Virus record (IMG/VR): IMGVR_UViG_3300010334_000023
Span: 62,001-126,000 of that record
Reading direction: 5' to 3' (one strand)
DNA: 64,000 bases
The position numbers were made by a program, and so were the translations under genes. Below are positions 19,890 to 27,987 of this stretch, piece after piece. The stretch's first letter is position 1. Each line of letters opens with the position of its first letter. The notes beneath the pieces are model-generated. The model was not told the origin of the DNA. It saw only the letters and a program-made list of their open reading frames with translations, and ran no database searches.

Positions 19890-21611
19890 CTATTCTAGAT
19901 CATAAGGATAAACCACAGGAGGTGGTTCATTATCACTGATATCACCACCAAAAACCAATGCGTCAGTTAGCGCAAGGAAAAGCTCTGTGGTATTGTTGCT
20001 GTTAGCAGCGCTGGAATATAGATCAGGTCCAAATTCAGGCGGAGGTGCAGGCTGATACGGAGCTTCATCGTATCCAATGTATACCCCTTGATCATCATAG
20101 ATTGGATTGCCAACTGCGATGCTAAATCCAACCCCGTCAACGTTTACGTCTAAACTCAAACTAGATTCGCCTCGCTGAACCCTGCGCCTTGCTTCTACCA
20201 GCGTCTCATACTGAGTAAAGAAGATTTGCCCAGAATCGCTACCATAAGAGTTTATCCTATTGCGCCTACCACTATGTAGATGTGGTCGTCTTCCGCCCGG
20301 AGTGTATACGTAAGCAGCATGATCAAAGGCCCAATCTGGTGCTGCGGGACTCACTGAGAAAGGTGTTACTACTATGTTGTAATATTGATTCCCACCATAT
20401 ATACCAGGGGCAGGGCTAGGGAATAGGGCGGCACCAAAATCAAAGCTACCAAAGCTACCTAGCAAGGTATAGCTGCCGCTGATGCTAACAGGTTGGAATA
20501 TATCTGTTGAGATAATATCCACAAAGGTTGGGATGTCTGGTAGCTGGCCCCGAGGTAGGCCAGCTATACCAACGTTCTGTACCGGTGGAAGATCGCTGCC
20601 TTGGCTACCAGTTATGGAATTGTACACGATATCACCGCTCAGAGAGGTAGCGTATGTGGTCTGCCCAGCAGGTATTAGCACTGTGGTTTCGGCTTTTGGA
20701 TAGTTACCAGCTGGTATGTTGTTGGTCCGTATGCTGCCGACTAGCGCCTGATAGCTAGTCCCATTCATGCCAAAATCGCTGTGTATACCACCCGCAGGCG
20801 CAGTGATGAAGGATTGCCTCTCATTATTGAGATATTGTGATTTTATCTCTCCTATGAGATCTGGTCTGGTTACCTCGCCTATTGGCGGCGGTTCACCAGT
20901 TGGTTCCAGATATGGCGACGAATCAAAACCAAACTGTGTAGCTAAAGCAGGCGTTATGTTACCAAGACTGTACTGAAGAGTCTCATAGCTCAATGTCATC
21001 CTAATCTCTTCTAATCCGCTATCTGTGCTGTCGTGTGCTCCAAAATCTATAGCCGTGATCTTGGGATTTAGATAGCTAGTCAGCGCATATTGTTTGTTAT
21101 AGAGAGAATAGACATCGATGCTGGTGAAGAAATTGATCTGATCAACAAGCGGTCGCAATCCCCAACCAGTGCTGTCATCAAAGGTTGGATCAGTGGGGTT
21201 AGTACCCATGGTTGTCTGTGATTTGAGCCTTGGATCCCCAAAGTAATAGCTGAAGTATTCTACCCACAGCTGCAGTGGTCGATTGTCAACCGTGTCATAC
21301 ATGACGACGTTGACTGGCTTATATTCAGTCTTGGTATAAGCATATCTCTTGCGATTGTACTGATTGAGCTCTCTGGTCTGGAGATCAACGTTGGGCTTGT
21401 CAATGGTCTTGATCTTGAAGCTCACACCATTTTCCCAGCTGCCTATGTTCTTGAGTTCTTGGAACATAGCCAATGCCTGTGTGTTTACCCGGAATGTGGC
21501 ATAGTACATGTACTTGACACGAGGTATCCGGTACATGGGGTTGCCACCGGTACCAAGGGTACCATAGAATGTTGAGGCGTAATTGGTGTTTTGTAAGGTT
21601 TTGATTGCCAT
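19890..21611 (-). CDS. Tail-tube-fold baseplate/tube junction protein with long C-terminal extension
   Basis: N-terminal ~230 aa tube-like (KTIDKP, NQYNRKR, YKPV...YDT, LSYE); late promoter. Confidence 0.6.
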   Translation of the reverse strand: MAIKTLQNTNYASTFYGTLGTGGNPMYRIPRVKYMYYATFRVNTQALAMFQELKNIGSWENGVSFKIKTIDKPNVDLQTRELNQYNRKRYAYTKTEYKPVNVVMYDTVDNRPLQLWVEYFSYYFGDPRLKSQTTMGTNPTDPTFDDSTGWGLRPLVDQINFFTSIDVYSLYNKQYALTSYLNPKITAIDFGAHDSTDSGLEEIRMTLSYETLQYSLGNITPALATQFGFDSSPYLEPTGEPPPIGEVTRPDLIGEIKSQYLNNERQSFITAPAGGIHSDFGMNGTSYQALVGSIRTNNIPAGNYPKAETTVLIPAGQTTYATSLSGDIVYNSITGSQGSDLPPVQNVGIAGLPRGQLPDIPTFVDIISTDIFQPVSISGSYTLLGSFGSFDFGAALFPSPAPGIYGGNQYYNIVVTPFSVSPAAPDWAFDHAAYVYTPGGRRPHLHSGRRNRINSYGSDSGQIFFTQYETLVEARRRVQRGESSLSLDVNVDGVGFSIAVGNPIYDDQGVYIGYDEAPYQPAPPPEFGPDLYSSAANSNNTTELFLALTDALVFGGDISDNEPPPVVYPYDLE

Positions 21612-21627
21612 CAAGTATTTATGGTCA

Positions 21628-21658
21628 AGAAAAACCGCCGGTTTGTGCCGGCGGTCTT
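21628..21658 (-). terminator. Intrinsic terminator after tail tube gene
   Basis: ACCGCCGG-CACAAA-CCGGCGGT then TTTT on the minus strand. Confidence 0.8.
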
Positions 21659-21680
21659 GATAATGAAAAGGTAGGGGTTA

Positions 21681-22277
21681 TTAACCTGCTTGTGGACCGC
21701 TACCGCTAGCACGTACACGGCTTGGCATGATGTCTTGATCCTGCGTTGCGTTATCGTAGCGCACAGTCAGCGTGATCATCATCGATTCGCTGTTGCTATA
21801 GTCAAAGCTGTCATAGGCCACAGTCTCGAGATAGCAGCCTTCGAGATACCAGTTCTCGAGAACCCCACTGTCTGATCCATCTAAAGTTTCAATCTGAGTA
21901 GCAAACTTGTAGTTGATACCAGCAAGGAATGAAGTCTGTGTAAAGTGGTTCATCTGCTTCTGCAGCTGATACGATGTCAGGTAGCTTACGCTGTTTGTAA
22001 CATCATCGCGTACAGTGATTTCAATGCTCTGCCATTCTGGTTTCTGAGCCACATACATCACGTTGTTGTAGCTGTGGATCGGTGTGCTGTTGTGTTGGAT
22101 GCTGGGGCGTCCGCAGGTTGCTACCTGTGTGGTTAACGCGATAGCTGCATTCGGTGGTCCAAAACCCTGCATGCTCACCCTGAAGCGATATTTCAGCTTC
22201 GGCATGAGGATGCCACGCCCTGTGGTTCCTAATTGGGTCGGTACACCAAAACTCTGCAAGGTTGGGGTAAAGGCCAT
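21681..22277 (-). CDS. gp19: Tail tube protein
   Basis: PKLKYRFRV, KPEWQSIEITVRDD, W.LEGC, ITLTVRYD; TATAAATA at 22309-22302. Confidence 0.85.
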   Translation of the reverse strand: MAFTPTLQSFGVPTQLGTTGRGILMPKLKYRFRVSMQGFGPPNAAIALTTQVATCGRPSIQHNSTPIHSYNNVMYVAQKPEWQSIEITVRDDVTNSVSYLTSYQLQKQMNHFTQTSFLAGINYKFATQIETLDGSDSGVLENWYLEGCYLETVAYDSFDYSNSESMMITLTVRYDNATQDQDIMPSRVRASGSGPQAG

Positions 22278-22301
22278 GTGTGATTCTCCTATGTCGCAGA
22301 G

Positions 22302-22309
22302 TATTTATA
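22302..22309 (-). promoter_or_regulatory. T4-type late promoter (representative of ~20 copies)
   Basis: TATAAATA or TAAATA upstream of late genes at 160, 1417, 3579, 13627, 17329, 21616, 22302, 27914, 32107, 34214, 34692, 35889, 37899, 37908, 39593, 47627, 50819, 51920, 53266, 55069, 58407, 58450. Confidence 0.85.
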
Positions 22310-22334
22310 CCAGACGTGTGTCCGATATCAGCTG

Positions 22335-23462
22335 TCAGATCAGCTTGCGGCTCTTTGGTATCTTGCTGTCTGCGCTGCTCACACAGGCGCTGCTAATGCA
22401 GGGCATTGGACCATCAAATAGCTTGAATCCGGTCTCAATGTAACCAAGTGGTTTATCGGCGCAACTATAGCTGCGCTTTATAGCTCCATCAGGCTCGCGT
22501 ATGATGATACTACGAAACCCACTTTCGCAATCCCAGCCATTGAATTGATTGAAATTGAAAGCATTGAATCGTTCAGCCTGGTCCATGTACCATTTCTTGC
22601 CAGTATCGTCTTCAAATTCTACCTGCATGATCTGCGGTACTGATGCGTCATCGCCGTTTGACACACTCATCTTTGCCATGCTGATCTTGGGCTTTGGCCG
22701 CTCTACCTTGGATTTAACCGTGGTAAAATCGCGCTGCGGCATGCCGTTGTGCAGTGTAGCAAGCTGATCCTTGGTATATCCTTCTACTACCTTGCTGGCA
22801 GTTGGATCGCTCTGTGGTTTTAGTGTTACGTTGATACCGCGACCCAGGAAGTATTCTGCTTCAGCATAGAGAGTATCAAACCATTCTGGCACCATGACGG
22901 TGTTCACGGTTACCTGTATGTCGTTCTCCTGCAGGAAAACCAGTTTGTCAGCAAACTTCTCTGTGTGACCTTTGAGATCACCTTGCTTGATCCCCTGTTC
23001 TCGATGCCAGCTAGCCGTCACGCTCACACGGTGCAGATCTTTGGTAGCATCAACGTATTTCTCGAACCAACGCAGCCCTTGGCTGATATTTGAAGTCATG
23101 TGCACGCTCTGATAGTTGCAGTTAGCAGTATCTTGGCTATAGTGCTCTAGCAGTCTTAGATAATCAGGATATACAGTCGGTTCGCCTCCGCTGAAACTGA
23201 AATGAAAGCTATTGTAACCTCGTTCTCTGCTCTGTCGCTTGATCTCATCCATGGTCATGAGGTTAAGCTCTATGGGACGATAATCTTTGGTGTTGCTGCG
23301 TGCGTATGGCCAGCAGTAGCTGCAGTTGTAGTTGCAGTATCGACCAATCAACCAGCTCACGCAGAATATATCACGATATAGCAGGGTACGCTGACCAAAT
23401 CTGGTTATCTTGTCGAATGGTATCTTGGTGAAATCATAGGAGCTAACCGCATCATTTGCCAT
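22335..23462 (-). CDS. Radical SAM protein with C-terminal Cys cluster
   Basis: CNYNCSYC, SGGEPT, TSN; C-terminal CESG..C..C...C. Confidence 0.88.
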   Translation of the reverse strand: MANDAVSSYDFTKIPFDKITRFGQRTLLYRDIFCVSWLIGRYCNYNCSYCWPYARSNTKDYRPIELNLMTMDEIKRQSRERGYNSFHFSFSGGEPTVYPDYLRLLEHYSQDTANCNYQSVHMTSNISQGLRWFEKYVDATKDLHRVSVTASWHREQGIKQGDLKGHTEKFADKLVFLQENDIQVTVNTVMVPEWFDTLYAEAEYFLGRGINVTLKPQSDPTASKVVEGYTKDQLATLHNGMPQRDFTTVKSKVERPKPKISMAKMSVSNGDDASVPQIMQVEFEDDTGKKWYMDQAERFNAFNFNQFNGWDCESGFRSIIIREPDGAIKRSYSCADKPLGYIETGFKLFDGPMPCISSACVSSADSKIPKSRKLI

Positions 23463-24012
23463 TTACGTTCTCCTGTATGGGATCTATGCTTAGCTCGTTT
23501 ATGTTTAGGTTAGCAGGTTGGTCAACCATCCATTTCACATACTGTGCCGCTTGATCAAGCTCCATGCAGGTCCTCGAAGGATGCTTGTGCTGCACGTTAC
23601 TAAGCGAGCCCACGCTCAGCAATGACACCTTGGGTCCACCTCCCCAGGTGCTCAATAATCCAAGGCTGTTGCAGAAATCTCGCAGTGATTTCTTTTCATG
23701 TTGATAGGTCCAATCGCTGCCTTTTGAAGTGCGATCCGCGGTGCTACCAATGCTAATGATATGCAGCTGATGTTTGTGATCTCGAGCAACTGCGTAGACT
23801 TCTCGGAGCAGCAGCGTCTGTTGAAACTGCCACAACGCACTGTTATTGATGAAAACATCGTATTCCAGTGCCAGCTGTGCTAGATCCCTGCGTCGTTGAT
23901 CTTTATCTAGATCCCAGCCATTTGCTCTACTAACGAAGCTAGCATCTGGCCAAATGCCGTGCATTGACTGTGCTAAACCCTTAGTTGGATTACCAGTAAT
24001 CAATATCTTCAT
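23452..24012 (-). CDS. Short-chain dehydrogenase/reductase
   Basis: ILITGNPTKGLA, FINNS, ISIGS, YxxxK (YQHEK). Confidence 0.8.
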   Translation of the reverse strand: MKILITGNPTKGLAQSMHGIWPDASFVSRANGWDLDKDQRRRDLAQLALEYDVFINNSALWQFQQTLLLREVYAVARDHKHQLHIISIGSTADRTSKGSDWTYQHEKKSLRDFCNSLGLLSTWGGGPKVSLLSVGSLSNVQHKHPSRTCMELDQAAQYVKWMVDQPANLNINELSIDPIQENVNGK

Positions 24013-25325
24013 AGGTAACCCTCCATCTCTGGTACCACATCTACTAATTTCTGCGATCTAATAGCATCCATCTTGGCTGTGAATGATACAAAAATATTCC
24101 AATGAGCCTCATGTAGATCCCCACTGGTCATGTATTCGATCACGCTACTGCAGATGTTCTTGCTGCTAGACACCACGTTCTCAGGAAAACCCTGATCCAC
24201 CACCCAATCATGGAAGTCATTGAATCTATTGGTCACTAGGTCTTTGAGATCTTGTGGCAGCACCCTTATGTTGAGATGTTTGGGGTGATGTGCTACATGA
24301 TGCGTCACGATTGGTTTCTTGATGGTGTTATTGAACTTGTTGAGACCGCTCTGTCCAAGCTTCCATCTCATGAAATCTGGCATGTGCAGCACGTTGTAGG
24401 CAGTCACGGTGTAAGCGAACCAGGCCTGGACGTTTTCAGGGGCTTCGTCGACCCTGTATATGTTTCGCAAAACCTTGCTCCAATCTGACGGATATCTTTG
24501 ATATTCCTGCATAGCACCGTATCCATCTATGCTAGCTCCTATCTGTATGGTCTTGAAATGAGTCCACAGATCGAGCACTCTGCTTGGTATGCTGGTCATG
24601 TTGGTGTTATATTCAACTACCATGTTGCCAGCTGCTCCATTCTCTATGCAGCGTTCTAGGAATTCATAGTGTCGCTCTATCAGCAGAGGTTCGCCTCCTG
24701 CCATGTAGACATGCTGCACGTTGCCAGCATTGGCTTCGATCTGCTGCCAGAAACTCTCGCTGTTGTGCCATCCATAGCTGTTGCTTATCCATTTGCCATT
24801 TGAGCGATGCATATGCTCGCGACCGTGCGTGTCGTTGAACCAGTCAACATCATACAGCTTGTTCCAGTCATCATACCAACCAGTGCTGTCCTGAGGTCCG
24901 CACATGCGGCATGCCAAGTTGCAGAGGTTTCCAAATCGTAGATCATAATATACCACAGGCAACGCTTCTGTATCGATGCTGCCATCTTCTGCGGTATGGG
25001 CTAACATTTTAGTACGCTGGTTCTTCCATCTATATGTCTCATATTTCCGACGGCTATCTAAGCCAGCGTCTTCCTCGCTCTTGCACCTGCCACATTCCTC
25101 GCTCCATATGCCCTGCATCATGTTCTTTCGCATGCCTATCAACAAAGCGCTGTTGCGAGCAGAGACCAGTTCGTCAGATGCTGCGTTATAGGGTGTACCA
25201 TCTGGTTTGCGAATCACGCCCTTGTTCTGCGTGATGTTGGCCTGGCAACATACCCTGAGATCGCCGTTGCTCCTCACTGCTTGAAAGTTCCAGGGAATAG
25301 GGCACCACGTGTCTGACTTGCTCAT
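24009..25325 (-). CDS. Radical SAM protein with N-terminal SPASM/twitch-like domain
   Basis: CPIPW, RVCC, CGRC, CNLACRMC, AGGEP, YNTN, ASIDG. Confidence 0.9.
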   Translation of the reverse strand: MSKSDTWCPIPWNFQAVRSNGDLRVCCQANITQNKGVIRKPDGTPYNAASDELVSARNSALLIGMRKNMMQGIWSEECGRCKSEEDAGLDSRRKYETYRWKNQRTKMLAHTAEDGSIDTEALPVVYYDLRFGNLCNLACRMCGPQDSTGWYDDWNKLYDVDWFNDTHGREHMHRSNGKWISNSYGWHNSESFWQQIEANAGNVQHVYMAGGEPLLIERHYEFLERCIENGAAGNMVVEYNTNMTSIPSRVLDLWTHFKTIQIGASIDGYGAMQEYQRYPSDWSKVLRNIYRVDEAPENVQAWFAYTVTAYNVLHMPDFMRWKLGQSGLNKFNNTIKKPIVTHHVAHHPKHLNIRVLPQDLKDLVTNRFNDFHDWVVDQGFPENVVSSSKNICSSVIEYMTSGDLHEAHWNIFVSFTAKMDAIRSQKLVDVVPEMEGYL

Positions 25326-26221
25326 ATCCTGCCCTGCTTCCTGGCCTTGACAAGTCCGCGTATGCCCAATCGGTTGTGATCACCGACGGCAAAATCATTC
25401 CATTCTGGTCCACCGAGAGCAATGTGCATGCACTTGGTAGGCGTGATACCAACTTCGGCACAGACTTCAATCTGCGATTGCCTATATTTGGCAGGAATGA
25501 AATCAGGCGTTTTCAATTCCTGCATGAAGTATATGCCAACCTTGGCAGCTCCGAGCACTGTGTGATTGTATCTGTTCTGCTGGCATATTGGCAGATCATC
25601 GTCAATGTTGCTGTAACGAATGCCACTGCGTATGTGTCCTGTACCTGTGCCTTTGGTAAGACTAAAGCTAACGCTCTCTATAGCTGGGTGATCCACGCTC
25701 AGTTGAACATCCACACAGGTGCCTATGTATGCGCAGTCAACTATGACCGGAACCTTGAGATCTGCGCATCTGTCCAGCATGGCATAGAATCCCTGCGGTA
25801 CATCCCCTGTTGTCGCATGAGGTACGCTGACTATGACATAGTCGCCCTGCTCTATCGGACCGTCCTCTATGTGCTTCCAATCCTTAACGATGCGTGCGTG
25901 ATAGGCATATTCACCTCGATACATGCGCAAACGCCTAGAAGCGTGTCGGTGGTAAGCTTCATCAAAGCTCTGAGTGGTACCATTTATCAGATGATGCTGT
26001 TTGAAACGTTCAAGCCCTATAACCTTACTAAGACGCATGTTTCCAAGGTAGAGCTTATAGGTATCTAGATATTCTAACCTGCAATCTAATGGATCGCCGC
26101 CATCCTGGAACCATTCTTGCCACGGCAGTGATTTGAAAAGATCCACGAACCGTACGTCATAAACAGCAGCAGTCTTCTTGCTGATCATGCCGCTATCTAC
26201 TAGTGATTGCTTGTCCATCAT
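25322..26221 (-). CDS. PLP-dependent enzyme (aminotransferase fold type I-like)
   Basis: NGTTQSF, VIVDCAY, SFSLTKG....IRSG. Confidence 0.7.
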   Translation of the reverse strand: MMDKQSLVDSGMISKKTAAVYDVRFVDLFKSLPWQEWFQDGGDPLDCRLEYLDTYKLYLGNMRLSKVIGLERFKQHHLINGTTQSFDEAYHRHASRRLRMYRGEYAYHARIVKDWKHIEDGPIEQGDYVIVSVPHATTGDVPQGFYAMLDRCADLKVPVIVDCAYIGTCVDVQLSVDHPAIESVSFSLTKGTGTGHIRSGIRYSNIDDDLPICQQNRYNHTVLGAAKVGIYFMQELKTPDFIPAKYRQSQIEVCAEVGITPTKCMHIALGGPEWNDFAVGDHNRLGIRGLVKARKQGRI

Positions 26222-27582
26222 CTGTTAGTATCCTTTATCACGTCATAGAATTCTGGCAGGCTATCCTGCATGCTCTCAGATCGTATTTTATCCAACCTAT
26301 CAGTGAATCTCCAAAACTTAGGCATGAGCTCTGCCTGATCCGCAGCTAGCATAAAACGTTGCCACTGATCGAGATGCTGCGTGATACCAGCTATCAGCTC
26401 ATCTCGGCGAGCATGATCATCGTCATAGAGTTCGCAAGCAAGCTTGATCAGCTCAGGCAATCTGCGGGCAAAATGCTCTACTACTTTCTGTTTTTCTGCC
26501 GGTGGCAAGGTTCTCGCATTTAGATGCTTTGGTCCATACAGAGGATGAAAGAATATCAGCGGACTGTTTGGTGTGAAACCAAACCTCTTGTACTTTCGGC
26601 GCATGAACCATTCCAGAGTGTCAGGTATGTACCAGATGTTGTATATCATGATCGTGCTGGCGATCCAGACCACAAAATTGATATCTGTGGCAGAATCTAT
26701 CCTATCTAGGTTCTCTTCGATCATGTGCCATCGGCAGGGGTGTCGTATGTAGTCATTGACCGGTCCAATGCCGTCAACGCTGGCTCCGATCCTAACTTCT
26801 CTAAAATGCCGCCACAGATCCCAGGCCACCGGTGGTATCTTTACTACGTTGCTGTTGTATTCGATGATGATGTTCTTGCTGATACCCATATCGATGCAGC
26901 GTTCGAGGAACTCCCACTGTTGATCAATGAGCATGGGTTCGCCACCAACTGTGTGTATGTGCTGTATGTTTTTGGCATTCCTAGAGATGTGATCCCAGAA
27001 CAGAGGTGACTCATACCAAGTGTAACCATCTGTGTCTGGTACTAATCTGCCACTATCATCTCTTGACAGTGTTACCTTTCCAAAGCTTTCATCATATTGG
27101 TGAGTGTTCCACAGGGCTACATAGTCTTCGTACCAAAAATTGCTTTCTGTTGGGCTGCACATCCTGCATTTCAGGTTACACTTGTTGCCAAATCTCACTC
27201 CGTAGTGCATGACTGGGCAAGACTCATTGGATATCTGTCCATCATCACAGGTCAGCTGCTTGGCCATATCAACAGTGAACCTATCAGACCACAGCGTGGT
27301 TTCTGTCTGGTTCCTGCTTATCAAACCACCTTTGCTTTCATTCTCGCAGCGTCTACAAGCCGGATTCCATCGGCCTGCCAGCATGTCCAAACGTATCTGC
27401 CGCAGTAAGGAGCTGTTGCGAGCATCTTCTATCATGTCTAACGTGGCGTTGAAGGTGCTACCGTTTGATTTGCGTAAGAGCCCATTATCAGCACCCTGCT
27501 GGCTATGCGAGCACACGCGCATGTCTCCGTTATTGCGGATATCTAGGCTGATCCAAGGCAGTGGGCACCAATTACATGACAT
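26218..27582 (-). CDS. Radical SAM protein with N-terminal SPASM/twitch-like domain
   Basis: CPLPW, CRRC, CNLKCRMC, GGEP, YNSN, ASVDG; paralog of 24009..25325. Confidence 0.9.
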   Translation of the reverse strand: MSCNWCPLPWISLDIRNNGDMRVCSHSQQGADNGLLRKSNGSTFNATLDMIEDARNSSLLRQIRLDMLAGRWNPACRRCENESKGGLISRNQTETTLWSDRFTVDMAKQLTCDDGQISNESCPVMHYGVRFGNKCNLKCRMCSPTESNFWYEDYVALWNTHQYDESFGKVTLSRDDSGRLVPDTDGYTWYESPLFWDHISRNAKNIQHIHTVGGEPMLIDQQWEFLERCIDMGISKNIIIEYNSNVVKIPPVAWDLWRHFREVRIGASVDGIGPVNDYIRHPCRWHMIEENLDRIDSATDINFVVWIASTIMIYNIWYIPDTLEWFMRRKYKRFGFTPNSPLIFFHPLYGPKHLNARTLPPAEKQKVVEHFARRLPELIKLACELYDDDHARRDELIAGITQHLDQWQRFMLAADQAELMPKFWRFTDRLDKIRSESMQDSLPEFYDVIKDTNR

Positions 27583-27617
27583 GTGCTAGTATATCACAGC
27601 TACTGGCTGCTCCATAA

Positions 27618-27908
27618 TCAAGCGTGGCCAATATGCCCATAGACTTCAATGTCAGTGAGCTTGCTCACCTCAGTGATCTGGTCCTTTATCAACCGATTTA
27701 CCAGCTTTAGATTCTGCTTTCTGCTGGCAGGATCTAACTGACCAATGATGTGTCCTAGATTCAAGCTCAGCACTGTGAGCAGGATCTCATTGGCCAGCTC
27801 TGAGCTCGTATCTGTTTCCAGCTTGCTATGCATTCCAGCTAGATAGGTGTATAGGGCCGCGCTGATATCATTCTTGAAAGAGTCAGCAATCTTATCTTGA
27901 TCAGTCAT
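27618..27908 (-). CDS. Hypothetical protein
   Basis: 96-aa ORF, TAAATA 5 nt before ATG. Confidence 0.6.
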   Translation of the reverse strand: MTDQDKIADSFKNDISAALYTYLAGMHSKLETDTSSELANEILLTVLSLNLGHIIGQLDPASRKQNLKLVNRLIKDQITEVSKLTDIEVYGHIGHA

Positions 27909-27954
27909 GACAATATTTAACGGTCAACCATGCAGGTTAGCAATGCTCATGCAA

Positions 27955-27979
27955 AGATAAACCGGGCATTTAGCCCGGT
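27955..27979 (-). terminator. Terminator after sheath gene
   Basis: ACCGGGC-5 nt-GCCCGGT followed by T-rich tail on the minus strand. Confidence 0.6.
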
Positions 27980-27987
27980 CCATCAGC

